A stretch of 64,000 nucleotides of DNA from Candidatus Dojkabacteria bacterium (GCA_030583785.1 CP129475.1:159559-223558); one strand, 5' to 3'. Shown: positions 28,657-39,031, counted from the first letter of the stretch. Notes: generated by a model from the letters alone, not told the origin. Program-made: numbers and translations.

Positions 28657-29352
28657 ATGGAAACCGAACCAAGACCAATTCGAATTGAAGATGTCAGAAT
28701 TTTTGAATTCGCTGATATCTACCCTTTTACTGGCTACTATACTGAAGCTGGCCTTAATAGGGATGTCATCAGAACAATTCTTGAAAACAATTTTGGCTAT
28801 TATTCAAGAACTGCTTACCCTACCTTTATAGCACCACCATACTGCAGAGATGCAGAGGTTGGCTATGGAGGATGGAACCGAATTGCCGAGCAAAATTCTT
28901 GGCAACAAGCGACTAGGCAGATACGCTTAGGTATATGGATATTTGAGCCAGAATCACAACAATATCAGCAAATTGCAGATAATCATCCTGTTATCATTAA
29001 ACATCGATGGGGAAAAGATGGGTCAATAACTACTAACCCGACTGGGATAACATACCTTAACCAAGTTGGTTTGTATCCAGATTATTATTTGACAAGTCCT
29101 CCAATTATGGGACAAACACACAGAGAACTTATCGTTGATCGTTTTCCTCAAGAAAGAGAACAAGAAGAATATCAACCCATTTCGGTCTTACTGGCAAGAC
29201 CTGCTGTTTCACTAAAACCCAATACGAGAGAAAGACTTGCACAAAGACTCGGTATTGAAGCTCTTGAACAGCCCCAATCTGAAATAAACCCACTAGAAAA
29301 AGCATTAAGAATCCTTCTTGAAGAGGCTATGAAGAAACTAAGCTCTCGATAA
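28657..29352 (+). CDS. uncharacterised protein, paralog B of the same undescribed family
   Basis: Conserved blocks shared with 27200-27922 (see above); 231 aa. Confidence 0.4.
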   Translation: METEPRPIRIEDVRIFEFADIYPFTGYYTEAGLNRDVIRTILENNFGYYSRTAYPTFIAPPYCRDAEVGYGGWNRIAEQNSWQQATRQIRLGIWIFEPESQQYQQIADNHPVIIKHRWGKDGSITTNPTGITYLNQVGLYPDYYLTSPPIMGQTHRELIVDRFPQEREQEEYQPISVLLARPAVSLKPNTRERLAQRLGIEALEQPQSEINPLEKALRILLEEAMKKLSSR

Positions 29353-29400
29353 AACATTCATTATTTTCTTCTAAAAACTGTTACTATAGTTTTAATTATA

Positions 29401-30225
29401 ATGATTTTATTAAAATCTAGACTCATGCAAGTCAATAAAAAGGTAATTATCATTTTTTCTCTGATCGTTTTAGTTTTTTGTTGCCTTTCAGTATTATGCG
29501 TTTTACTTTTGAGCAACTTCTATACAAGTTACTCGGACCGTATCCCAACTGACAATTCAATAAATCCAACCGTCACATCTGTTCCAATAACCGCTTCACC
29601 TAGACCAACAAACACAGGAACAACTAACGATCTGGGCAACGGTAGTGATACTGGCAATACAGATTCTGAAACTGACGATAATTGTGTGACCATACCTGGA
29701 ACAGAAACAATCGTTGATCAAGCTTCTGGTCTTTTTACAACCATAATTCCTGCTTCTAACACAACCAACTTTAAGAAGGCAGCTGATATGATAAAAGGTA
29801 TGCAGATGGAAATAAGTGAAAGCGGATTACCAGGTAACTTGAAGAACAGCTGCTCTGGAGCGAATTACGAATATATTGCAGAGTTAAGTATTACTAAACC
29901 ACAAACCCTTGATTACGCCAGAACTTTAATATATATCACAAGCCAAGACTTATTATCTTCAAAGCTAAACGAAGTGAGTATAGCTGTTATCGTTTTTGGT
30001 TTAGACAGTAATGACATTGTTGTGAATAGCTCTACATTAAGAGCAAGCGAGTTAGTTAGAGACTCACAGGTAAGTCAATGTTTATACTCCATAGAGAATT
30101 CAACAATAAAAAGTCTTGATTCGGATTGTCTGGTAGGAATTATAAAAAATAACGAACTCTCAATAACAAGAGCAAGACAGGAAGCAATACGAATTATCTC
30201 TATTTACGAACAAAGTTCTAGATAA
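29401..30225 (+). CDS. membrane-anchored/secreted hypothetical protein
   Basis: N-terminal TM 'VIIIFSLIVLVFCCLSVLCVLLL', Thr/Asn-rich linker, 274 aa. Confidence 0.35.
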   Translation: MILLKSRLMQVNKKVIIIFSLIVLVFCCLSVLCVLLLSNFYTSYSDRIPTDNSINPTVTSVPITASPRPTNTGTTNDLGNGSDTGNTDSETDDNCVTIPGTETIVDQASGLFTTIIPASNTTNFKKAADMIKGMQMEISESGLPGNLKNSCSGANYEYIAELSITKPQTLDYARTLIYITSQDLLSSKLNEVSIAVIVFGLDSNDIVVNSSTLRASELVRDSQVSQCLYSIENSTIKSLDSDCLVGIIKNNELSITRARQEAIRIISIYEQSSR

Positions 30226-30227
30226 AA

Positions 30228-31022
30228 ATGTTAAATCGACTATTTAATTCTGGAGGGACTGATGATCCCGTTCCCGAAGAAGAGACTTCGTTAAAATCTG
30301 AATTAGACGAGTGCTTAGATTATCCAGAAGATAGAAGAGTTGCATTGCAGGATCGTAGAAACGAAGAATTTCTACAATCAAATGTAGAATACTCGCGTCA
30401 AACTACACCCACATGCTTAATAAAAAGTGTAAGAAATGCATTACATGCACTGGGTTTAGAGGATAGATTCCCAAGTTTTGTTCTCCGGCTCGATGCAATT
30501 GCAGACTTCTCTGACGATGATAGCCCTGGAGATAAATATGAGGATATAATGAAAATAGTCCTTTCAGTGAGAGATGGTGATCAAGAGATGGATATCGAAC
30601 CGGAATTAGTAAATATCGAGGTCAAACCATCGGTAAAGCAAAGAAATCGTGAACTTCGACAAAGTCGTGATGTATTGATAGCGAAAACTGCTGCCGAGAT
30701 ACAAAGTAATATAAACGAGACTAAAAGACTTGTTACAGCAATAAACTACACTAATGGTATATATAAACTAAATAAGCCGCATGACGCGTCTGCTCCAAAA
30801 GAGTATCAAGACGATTTGCACGCAATCCTTATTGATTCATATAGGGTTGATGATAATGGATTTATGGATGTTAGAGTGATTGATCCCAACTTTCCTGATA
30901 ATACAATTGCCAGATGGATTCCACTTGAGCATTTTGTAGATATATTAAGTGACACACAAGGTCACCTAGTAATAAGTAACGAAGAAGACTACCTGGATGT
31001 AGTTTGGTCGGACCTAAAATAG
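30228..31022 (+). CDS. acidic cytoplasmic hypothetical protein
   Basis: 264 aa; start-stop overlap with the preceding gene (TAAAAATG). Confidence 0.35.
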   Translation: MLNRLFNSGGTDDPVPEEETSLKSELDECLDYPEDRRVALQDRRNEEFLQSNVEYSRQTTPTCLIKSVRNALHALGLEDRFPSFVLRLDAIADFSDDDSPGDKYEDIMKIVLSVRDGDQEMDIEPELVNIEVKPSVKQRNRELRQSRDVLIAKTAAEIQSNINETKRLVTAINYTNGIYKLNKPHDASAPKEYQDDLHAILIDSYRVDDNGFMDVRVIDPNFPDNTIARWIPLEHFVDILSDTQGHLVISNEEDYLDVVWSDLK

Positions 31023-31039
31023 AACGAAAGGAACATATA

Positions 31040-31771
31040 TCAGCGCTCGAGACCTTCTAAATATTCGATTAGACGAGCGTTAGCTATTGATCCCTTTAGT
31101 TCGATGCAATCCGAGAAGAAGGCTTCAACTTCGTAAGGTGAGAAGACAGGAATATGAGCACGCACCCATTCTTTACTAAAGGGCTGAATCAAAACAACCA
31201 TGGCCTTAACATTGATTTTTCGAACAATATGTTGATCAGTTTTCAAATTTGATCGCAAATGATTTCTTAGTCTAATTGAATTAAACATTGCCTGGTCAAC
31301 TGGGCTGGCAATTCTGTGCTTCTTTGGCAAGTATTGATTACCTATCTTTTCTCTGTATAAATAATACCAGCCCTGAAAATCTGTTCCTATCCTTGATGAG
31401 TAGTTCTTTGTTTCAATCACATATAATCCTTTACTGGAAAGAACGACATGATCAATATTTCCACCTTCACCCGGTAGAATAAGATTGTGAAAACTTCTAA
31501 TTACTGGTATTGATTTAAGCTTGATCCAGACCTTTTCTTCTCCCTCCTGACCTTTCTCGTAATTTCTAATCCCGTAATTTGTAATCTGAAAATCTTTTGA
31601 AGTATCTGTTTTGACAAGATATTTACTTCTATCAAAGCGGAAGGATTTATTCTCTGCTTTCTCCTCTGGTTTTTCAAAAGATTCCCAAATGATAGACAAA
31701 ACCATCATCATCAAGAATGAAAAGCCTCCTGCAAAAATAACCGCGATCGCTAAAAGGACTAGTAAACTCAT
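31040..31771 (-). CDS. NERD (nuclease-related domain)-like membrane-anchored protein
   Basis: N-terminal TM, then 'GGNIDHVVLSSKGLYVIETKNYS' resembling the NERD core (D...(D/E)xK-like 'IETK'). Confidence 0.4.
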   Translation of the reverse strand: MSLLVLLAIAVIFAGGFSFLMMMVLSIIWESFEKPEEKAENKSFRFDRSKYLVKTDTSKDFQITNYGIRNYEKGQEGEEKVWIKLKSIPVIRSFHNLILPGEGGNIDHVVLSSKGLYVIETKNYSSRIGTDFQGWYYLYREKIGNQYLPKKHRIASPVDQAMFNSIRLRNHLRSNLKTDQHIVRKINVKAMVVLIQPFSKEWVRAHIPVFSPYEVEAFFSDCIELKGSIANARLIEYLEGLER

Positions 31772-31909
31772 CTAAAAACTAATGAGTACAGATAATAAAA
31801 ACCAGTATAAAAAAGTTTCTACAAGATTACTATGGTGATTAACACCTACATTAGAATATTGGTATAAATTATATTTGTAGTTATAATACCCTTTGATCTA
31901 AACAACTTT

Positions 31910-32773
31910 ATGGATCCTTTATCTTTATCAATAATCTCTTCAATAGCCATCGGCATTGGCCATTCCTACATGAAGATAGTCATTCCCAAAATCGGAAGTG
32001 AGAGATTTATTTTCATGCGTGGAGCAATGCTGTCGATCTTGCTGTTATTGTTGCTTTTTGTTGGTTTTGGAAATCCAATCATAGATATCAACGGGGTACT
32101 AATTGCAATCGTTGTTTCGATCATCGGAGCTATGGGTTTATTGTTTTTTACACGCGGTGTGGAGCAGGGGACTCCAAGTGTTGTTTCTGCCGTATCTAGT
32201 TCAAGAATCCCCTTAACAGCTTTAATTGCCGCAACCCTCTTGAACGAATCCATTAGTCAAATAGCCTCTTTGGGTATACTTGTGGTTGTATTTGGGCTCA
32301 TTCTAATTAGTGATGTGTTGAAAAAACAGAGAATCAGCCAAACTAAGCTGTCTAGTGCTTTTATTTATGGTTTTATTGCAGCCGTATTCTGGGGCGTCTC
32401 TTCTGCATTCATCGGTATTCCTTCGGCTTTACTTGGAGCGTTATTATTTACATTTATTCTTGAGTTAATTGTAGCTCTGGTTGGTTTTGTACTTATGCTA
32501 TCTAAGGAGCACAGGATACTTCCCAAGGATAAGTTCTTTAAAGATTACTGGGGTTGGCTAGTCTTAATGACGATCCTTGGCCTTGTTGGGAGCTTAAGTA
32601 TGAATATTGCTTACGAAACTGGCAGAGTTAGTGTTGTTGCATCTGTTGTAGCCGCAAATCCATTAATAACAATAATATCTGACAGAATAATTCTTGGCAC
32701 GAAACTAAGACTTATTCAGTATGTTGCAATAGTAACAATAATTGTCGGAATTACAATGATAATATTTGGCTAG
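31910..32773 (+). CDS. EamA/DMT-family transporter
   Basis: About 10 predicted TM helices in two 5-TM halves; 287 aa. Confidence 0.55.
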   Translation: MDPLSLSIISSIAIGIGHSYMKIVIPKIGSERFIFMRGAMLSILLLLLLFVGFGNPIIDINGVLIAIVVSIIGAMGLLFFTRGVEQGTPSVVSAVSSSRIPLTALIAATLLNESISQIASLGILVVVFGLILISDVLKKQRISQTKLSSAFIYGFIAAVFWGVSSAFIGIPSALLGALLFTFILELIVALVGFVLMLSKEHRILPKDKFFKDYWGWLVLMTILGLVGSLSMNIAYETGRVSVVASVVAANPLITIISDRIILGTKLRLIQYVAIVTIIVGITMIIFG

Positions 32774-32781
32774 ATAGATTA

Positions 32782-34632
32782 CTAGGCAAGCTTTAGTCCC
32801 TTAACACGCAAGGCATTAACAATTACTATTACATCGATTACTTCTTGAGCTAAGGCACCAACTACAGGAATAAACATTCCAAATGCTCCGGCAAACATTA
32901 GTATAAAGCTGAGACCCATTCCAACAAAGATACTTTGCTTGGCTATGAATAAAACTCTTCGGCTTACAATGACTGCATCTGCAACTCTGCTGATGTTCTC
33001 GCTAGTAATGACGATTGAACCGGCTTCTGTAGAAGCTGATGTTCCAAGCACTCCTATAGCAATTCCAGCGTCTGCAGCTGCCAACGCTGGGGCATCGTTA
33101 ACGCCGTCACCAACCATAATAACTGGAGAGAAGCCCTGTTCTTTGAGTCTTTTTACCATGTTAAGTTTATCTTCTGGTAAGCACTTTGATTGATATTCTT
33201 TTATATCGTATGCTTTTGCTATTCTTGCGGCTGTAGTTTCGTTGTCTCCGGTAAGCATAACTTGTTTAGTAATTCCAAGTTTAGACAACTTTTTTAAAGT
33301 AGCTGCGACATCTGGTCTAGCCTGATCAGAAAATTTAATGTAACCAAGTACTTCTGACTGAGACATAATTAGCATTAACATTAAGCCTTCGGACTTATTT
33401 TGTTCGTAGATAGCCCTTGCTTGACTATGAATAGAATCATATTCTTTTACCAGTGCGGGCTTACCAAAAAACAACTGTGTTTCGTTTATTATTGCCCTGA
33501 GTCCGAGACCGAAATCTTCTGACACATTTGTAGCATTTAAAGCAGCAATATTTGCCTTTTCGGCATGTTCTTTTATTGCTTTAGCAATAATGTGGATTGA
33601 ATGTAGTTCGGCAGAGTATGTAAGTTGTATTAGTTCTTGTTCGCTATATTTACCAAGCGATATAACCGATTCAACTGCAAGTTTACCAAATGTTAATGTA
33701 CCTGTTTTGTCGAAAATTATGGCCTTTGCTTTACCAAGTGATTCAATACTTTGACCCGACTTAAAAATTATACCGCGCCCTGCACCAATACTTATTCCAG
33801 AAGCAAAAGCTATTGGAGCTGCAAGTATTAGTGGGCAAGGTGTAGCAACCACTAAAACTAATAATGCCCGCAGGGGGTCTCCACTAATCATCCAAGCAAG
33901 ACCTGCAATTAGAAATGCAGAAATCGTAAAGAAGATACTGTACTTATCTGCCATTCTTACAAATGGAGCTTTGTTTTTTTCTGCCTCTTTAACGAGTGCA
34001 ATTATTTGCTGATATTTACTATTTTCTGAACTACTGGTAACAGTCATTTGTACGGAATTATCCATGACGACAGTACCGCTATAGATCTGATCGCCTGCGA
34101 CCTTTGTAACTGGCAAGGATTCGCCCGTAATGTTTGCTTCTGTTAGTGATGCCTCTGAGCTTGTAAGCACACCATCAACTGGGACGACTTCTCCGGGTTT
34201 TATAAGCAATAGATCGTTAACTTGAACCTCTTTTACATTAATATCTTGTAGTTTGTCTTTTGAATACCTGTGAGCAACCTGTGGTTCGAGAGATAAGAGT
34301 TTTTTTAACTCGTTCCCAGACCTTTTATAGGCATATTCTTCGAGTAGTTCGCCACCAGATAGCATTAGAAGTATTATTGCCCCAGCAAGATACTCGCCAA
34401 GCAAAAGACTGGCTAAGATTCCTGTTATTGCTATGTAGTCAACGCCAAACTTTCTTTTTAGGAATGAGCCAACGATATCAAAGACTAGAGGTATTGTACC
34501 AACGATTACAACCGATCCTAGCACAATGTCTGCAACATTATTTTGGTTGCTTGACCATAATAGAGCATAAACAACGATTGCAAGTATAATTATGATCGGG
34601 ACAACTAATTTTAGCTGTGCTAGCTTATTCAT
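32782..34632 (-). CDS. heavy-metal translocating P1B-type ATPase lacking N-terminal metal-binding domain
   Basis: 'ATPCPL' CPC transport motif, 'DKTGTLT', 'GDGVNDAPALAAADAGIA'; 616 aa beginning directly with TM helices. Confidence 0.8.
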   Translation of the reverse strand: MNKLAQLKLVVPIIIILAIVVYALLWSSNQNNVADIVLGSVVIVGTIPLVFDIVGSFLKRKFGVDYIAITGILASLLLGEYLAGAIILLMLSGGELLEEYAYKRSGNELKKLLSLEPQVAHRYSKDKLQDINVKEVQVNDLLLIKPGEVVPVDGVLTSSEASLTEANITGESLPVTKVAGDQIYSGTVVMDNSVQMTVTSSSENSKYQQIIALVKEAEKNKAPFVRMADKYSIFFTISAFLIAGLAWMISGDPLRALLVLVVATPCPLILAAPIAFASGISIGAGRGIIFKSGQSIESLGKAKAIIFDKTGTLTFGKLAVESVISLGKYSEQELIQLTYSAELHSIHIIAKAIKEHAEKANIAALNATNVSEDFGLGLRAIINETQLFFGKPALVKEYDSIHSQARAIYEQNKSEGLMLMLIMSQSEVLGYIKFSDQARPDVAATLKKLSKLGITKQVMLTGDNETTAARIAKAYDIKEYQSKCLPEDKLNMVKRLKEQGFSPVIMVGDGVNDAPALAAADAGIAIGVLGTSASTEAGSIVITSENISRVADAVIVSRRVLFIAKQSIFVGMGLSFILMFAGAFGMFIPVVGALAQEVIDVIVIVNALRVKGLKLA

Positions 34633-34648
34633 CAGATAAATTGATCAA

Positions 34649-35278
34649 TTATAAACTTTTGTAGCTACTAAGAATGGCATCTAGAATAGCAGGATCGTTC
34701 TTTTGCATTTTAATGGCTACAAAGCCATCTTCACCACGAGCGAACGAACTTGCCTTGAACAGGGTTATTTCATATGACTGGTTTTTGTCTAGCTCTATAA
34801 CATTATAAGTAACAAAGCGACCTGTATTGGATTTTTCGGATGCGTTATAGAATGAATACTTTATACTGTCTATGCGTTCTTCAGACCAGGCTGTTGCCCA
34901 ATCAATAACAGCAGATTCATAAATATCTTTACCGGGCCTTATCGTTACAGATGAAAAGTCAATCTCGATAAGATTGTCATTAATTTCTAGTTCAATATCG
35001 AATACACCTCCGCCCTCGTTAAACCTGACATTTTCTACTTTCGGGTAACTAATAGAAAAGGGGGTGAAAACAGGGTTCTCAGTTACTGCAGAAGGTTCAC
35101 CATATATATATGTTGCAAATTCAATGTCTTCTGTAACAGGTTGCGAATTGTCGTTTGTTTGTTCTTGAGTATTGTTATCATTATTGGAGTTATTATCCTT
35201 AGTGGTTCTATCGATATAGACATATATGGCTAAAACGATAATGGCAACTACAACGATTACTGATAGTAATGTTTTCAT
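34649..35278 (-). CDS. membrane-anchored hypothetical protein
   Basis: N-terminal TM 'LLSVIVVVAIIVLAIYVYI', Asn/Asp-rich linker. Confidence 0.35.
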   Translation of the reverse strand: MKTLLSVIVVVAIIVLAIYVYIDRTTKDNNSNNDNNTQEQTNDNSQPVTEDIEFATYIYGEPSAVTENPVFTPFSISYPKVENVRFNEGGGVFDIELEINDNLIEIDFSSVTIRPGKDIYESAVIDWATAWSEERIDSIKYSFYNASEKSNTGRFVTYNVIELDKNQSYEITLFKASSFARGEDGFVAIKMQKNDPAILDAILSSYKSL

Positions 35279-36006
35279 TTGGATATTTTTGCTGAATTAG
35301 AAATATTTATCTTTCCACCTGATTCTAGCGTAATCTGCTTAGAAGTAAAATCTATGCGAAGACTTGATTGCGGGAGCAGATTAAGTCTACCATTTTTTGT
35401 AATTCGAACATTGTTTTTAGCTATGTGTGCACCACTTAGATTACATTCGTTATTAATAATCCAATCACCATTTGACGGAGGTTTGCAAGCATTAGTTTCA
35501 AAACTTATAAAAGAGTAGTTACTGTTTGCTGTAGCTGTTCGAGTGTTATAGCTTCTGTCTCCTCCGTTCCAATTATATTCCGATAATTTGAACTTGTTAT
35601 TATCTAAGACTTCTTCGACGAATCCGACATGTCCAACTTTACCTGCACCATTGGCAAAAGGTGGAATTGAAAATACGGTGTGTTTCTTTGGACTAGTGCT
35701 GACTTCAAATCCTATGAATTTTGCATTCTCGTCCCAGTTGCCGCCATTACCGAATAGTCCCTTTTTGCCATTAGGGCCAACCATAGCATTATGGAAATTA
35801 CCGATTTGTTGATCTGCTTTAAAAGCAGCGTAAGAGGTGCATTGCCTTTTATACATAGCCCATTCGTCAACTTCGCACTTTTCTCCGTAGCCACATTTAG
35901 CAGCATTTGCATATGGATACCCTCCATTTTCAAGAGAATGAACTGTTACAATTTGGGACAAACTGATAAGCATTAATAGAATTAATATCTGAGAAATTCT
36001 TTTCAT
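35275..36006 (-). CDS. secreted CHAP-domain amidase/peptidase
   Basis: Signal peptide; 'YKRQCTSYAAFK' catalytic Cys context and 'GKVGHVGFVEEV' His block typical of CHAP domains. Confidence 0.55.
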   Translation of the reverse strand: MKRISQILILLMLISLSQIVTVHSLENGGYPYANAAKCGYGEKCEVDEWAMYKRQCTSYAAFKADQQIGNFHNAMVGPNGKKGLFGNGGNWDENAKFIGFEVSTSPKKHTVFSIPPFANGAGKVGHVGFVEEVLDNNKFKLSEYNWNGGDRSYNTRTATANSNYSFISFETNACKPPSNGDWIINNECNLSGAHIAKNNVRITKNGRLNLLPQSSLRIDFTSKQITLESGGKINISNSAKISK

Positions 36007-36031
36007 GATAAGTAAGTAATAAGTTAAATGC

Positions 36032-36640
36032 CTAATCTATAATATGAGCCTGACTGTATGAACCATTAGACAGATAAGAAAATACAACACGATCTGGTTG
36101 CACAAATAGACTAGAGAAGATAGGTAAATAAAAATTATCTTTATATGAATCTAGATTTGTGGATTTAGCCGTATTAAAACTGTACTTTTTTAAATCTGCT
36201 CGATAATCAGCGCAGCTATCGAAAGTTTTACAGTTTGAGGTAACATAATAGAACCAGTTATCACCCCGCCAGGCTAATTTGTCTGTAAGTATTACATCTG
36301 AGAATTCGACTTTGCCAGTGACAAGATTAATGAGATACAGCCTGTTGCCTCCATAATAATGACTATAGGTAAAAAATATTGCATGAGTATTACCTGGATT
36401 AAGTCCGGAAAAGTATTCTTCTGCATGGAAATTTAATCGGTGTTGTAGTTGACAGTTACCGAACTTGACAGATAGTATTGCCTGTCCATATTCATAATTA
36501 ACTAATGGAGCAGAGAAGTCGCACAAGCCTGAAGTTTCTGTTGATTGGTCTACTTCTTGAGCTGAAACGGAAGTTACACCAGGATGCAGACCTAATACTA
36601 GAACTAGCATAAGCATTGCTATTTGAAATAGATTCTTCAT
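36032..36640 (-). CDS. secreted hypothetical protein
   Basis: Signal peptide 'MKNLFQIAMLMLVLVLGLHPGVTSVSA'; 202 aa. Confidence 0.35.
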   Translation of the reverse strand: MKNLFQIAMLMLVLVLGLHPGVTSVSAQEVDQSTETSGLCDFSAPLVNYEYGQAILSVKFGNCQLQHRLNFHAEEYFSGLNPGNTHAIFFTYSHYYGGNRLYLINLVTGKVEFSDVILTDKLAWRGDNWFYYVTSNCKTFDSCADYRADLKKYSFNTAKSTNLDSYKDNFYLPIFSSLFVQPDRVVFSYLSNGSYSQAHIID

Positions 36641-36702
36641 AAGTGTTCTCTAATAATTAATAAGTACATTTTGAACTAGTTAGGTTAAATGTTTCTTAAT
36701 TC

Positions 36703-38439
36703 GTGGACAAATGCCTTCCTTACTTGCATGGAGAGTCGTTAGAATTTATAGTAATGTTTATGCATGGAATATTCTTTGATATAACAATTATTATTGTTCT
36801 TGCCGCTATATTGGCAATTATTTTCCGTTTGCTAAAACAACCACCCGTACTTGCATATATTCTTGCTGGCATAATACTTGGGCCACTCGGCTTGTATCAC
36901 ATCGAGAATCAAGAGGCATTATCTTCGCTTTCTGAAGTCGGGATTACACTTCTACTTTTTATGCTGGGACTGGAATTGAAGCTTGGAGAACTTCGATCTG
37001 TAGGGAAGGTGGCCTTAATAACCGGTATTGGACAAATTGTATTCACCTCAAGTCTAGGATTCCTACTGGCAGTTATATTTGGAATTGACCCGGTTGCAGC
37101 ATTGTATTTCAGTGTTGCTCTTACATTTAGCAGCACTATCATAATTGTCAAACTTCTATCTGACAAAAAAGATCTAGGCAGTCTATATGGAAAAATTTCA
37201 ATTGGCTTTCTACTTGTTCAAGATTTTTTTGCAATCATTGCCTTAATTCTTCTTTCGGGACTAAGCACAAGCTCTTCACCTTCATTTGAATTAATCGGAG
37301 TAATTCTCCTAAAAGCAGCTGCTCTATTTTTGTTAACCATATTTTTAAGTAACATATTTTTCCCAAGACTTGTGCATGCGTTATCTCATTCACAAGAGAT
37401 TCTTTTCTTGAGTAGTCTTGCACTTGCCTTTGGAGTCTCAGCTTTTGCCAGTTCTGAATACATTGGCTTCTCAATTGAAATTGGAGGCTTTTTGGCAGGA
37501 CTAGCACTTGCTAATTCCATAGAAAGCACGCAGATAGTAGCAAAAATCCGATCTCTGAGAGATTTCTTCATCGTCTTATTCTTTGTACTGTTGGGTATGA
37601 ATTTGGTATTTGCCGATATCGCATCAGTACTTCCAACAGCAATAGTATTCTCATTGTTTGTTCTTATAGGTAATCCGCTCATTGTTATGATCCTTTTAGG
37701 GCTTCTTGGTTACAAAAAAAGGACAAGTTTTCTGGCTGGACTTACAGTTGCTCAGATATCGGAATTCAGCCTTATTGTCATCTTTTTGGGAAATAGAATT
37801 GGACATGTTCCAGACGAGATTGTATCACTTGTAACTTTAGTGGGAATAATCACATTCACACTCTCAACTTATGCAATCATGAACGGAAACACCCTATTTA
37901 ACATGTTTCAAAAATATTTAAGTATTTTTGAAAGAAGCAAAACCGTTGAAAAGGTAAGTCAGAATGGATCAGATTACAAAAATCACATCGTCATAATTGG
38001 TGCCCATAGAATTGGTGGAACCGTTATAAAGGCTTTGGCTAAACATAAAGACAGACTGGTAATAGTGGATTTTAACCCAGACATTATTCAAGAACTGAAA
38101 AACAAGAATTTTAATGTTGTCTTTGGGGACATTGCTGACCCTTCAATTCAAGAAGAAGCAAAAATCGACAAAGCAAGGATAATCTTTTCTACAGCACCTG
38201 ACTACGAGGATAATATCATTATTATTCGTAATGTAAAGAGACACAACACAAAAGGTAAGGTGCTAGTAAGTGCTCGGTACGAAGAAGATATTCAAGATCT
38301 TTACAAAGCAGGAGCAGATTATGTTTTTCGACCGTTTGAACTTGCTGGAAAAAGCATTGCCCGCATATTAAAACCTGAAAATAGTAAACTGTTAGCCAAG
38401 TTAGAAGAATCTAAGAGCCAAAAAGAGAAGAGCAGCTAA
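36703..38439 (+). CDS. CPA2-family monovalent cation:proton antiporter with C-terminal RCK/TrkA-N domain (Kef-like)
   Basis: Multi-TM Na+/H+ exchanger-like N-terminal region; 'IVIIGAHRIGGTVIKALAKHKDRLVIVDFNPD' Rossmann RCK domain. Confidence 0.75.
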   Translation: MDKCLPYLHGESLEFIVMFMHGIFFDITIIIVLAAILAIIFRLLKQPPVLAYILAGIILGPLGLYHIENQEALSSLSEVGITLLLFMLGLELKLGELRSVGKVALITGIGQIVFTSSLGFLLAVIFGIDPVAALYFSVALTFSSTIIIVKLLSDKKDLGSLYGKISIGFLLVQDFFAIIALILLSGLSTSSSPSFELIGVILLKAAALFLLTIFLSNIFFPRLVHALSHSQEILFLSSLALAFGVSAFASSEYIGFSIEIGGFLAGLALANSIESTQIVAKIRSLRDFFIVLFFVLLGMNLVFADIASVLPTAIVFSLFVLIGNPLIVMILLGLLGYKKRTSFLAGLTVAQISEFSLIVIFLGNRIGHVPDEIVSLVTLVGIITFTLSTYAIMNGNTLFNMFQKYLSIFERSKTVEKVSQNGSDYKNHIVIIGAHRIGGTVIKALAKHKDRLVIVDFNPDIIQELKNKNFNVVFGDIADPSIQEEAKIDKARIIFSTAPDYEDNIIIIRNVKRHNTKGKVLVSARYEEDIQDLYKAGADYVFRPFELAGKSIARILKPENSKLLAKLEESKSQKEKSS

Positions 38440-38450
38440 CGCTGCTCTTC
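38427..38450. terminator. hairpin terminator serving the minus-strand gene 38479-38964 (overlaps the kef stop codon)
   Basis: GAAGAGCAGC-TAAC-GCTGCTCTTC; on the minus strand followed by TCTTTTT. Confidence 0.45.
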
Positions 38451-38478
38451 TATAAGGACTTCGAACTAGTATTTACTG

Positions 38479-38964
38479 TTAATTGATTCGTAGAACATCA
38501 ATCTTCAAGTCTCCCATCTCTTCAACCATCTCCAGATATACTTGTTTGCCTGAGAAATTGCCACTTAGAACTAATGACGATCCGCTAATATCTTCTTTAA
38601 AACTGATATTTAATCCTTTTGTCATTGCTCCAATTGCATCTAAACCCTCTAACTCACCACAAACAGACCTTAGATCTAACATTAAAGCTTCGAATTCTGC
38701 TTCAGTTACATTGCTTCTGAATCTTGCTGTGGTTAAATCCTGATATATAACCTGATAATCAGCAGTTGTGCCAGAACACAAGGCTTCTGTTGTAACCTGA
38801 CTTAATGCATTAATTCCTGCACCAATGGTTAGGGTTAGTGCTCCAAAAATTGAAACGACACAACAGACGCAGAGAAAGACTAGCACTACCAAAGCGATAA
38901 CCATGGTTTTTCCGGAACAGCCACCGGATCCCTTTTTCTCTTCTACAGAGATTGCATCGGACAT
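38479..38964 (-). CDS. membrane-anchored hypothetical protein
   Basis: Single TM 'MVIALVVLVFLCVCCVVSIF'; 161 aa. Confidence 0.3.
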   Translation of the reverse strand: MSDAISVEEKKGSGGCSGKTMVIALVVLVFLCVCCVVSIFGALTLTIGAGINALSQVTTEALCSGTTADYQVIYQDLTTARFRSNVTEAEFEALMLDLRSVCGELEGLDAIGAMTKGLNISFKEDISGSSLVLSGNFSGKQVYLEMVEEMGDLKIDVLRIN

Positions 38965-39031
38965 AAGAATATGGATAAAAAATTAATACAATCGTAACAT
39001 AGATTTATTCTAAGATAAATTAGTGTAAAAT

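Noticed and set aside
34260-34589. 109-aa plus-strand ORF inside the P1B ATPase gene
   Set aside because: Antisense to a conserved P-type ATPase. Arg/Gln-rich artefactual translation.
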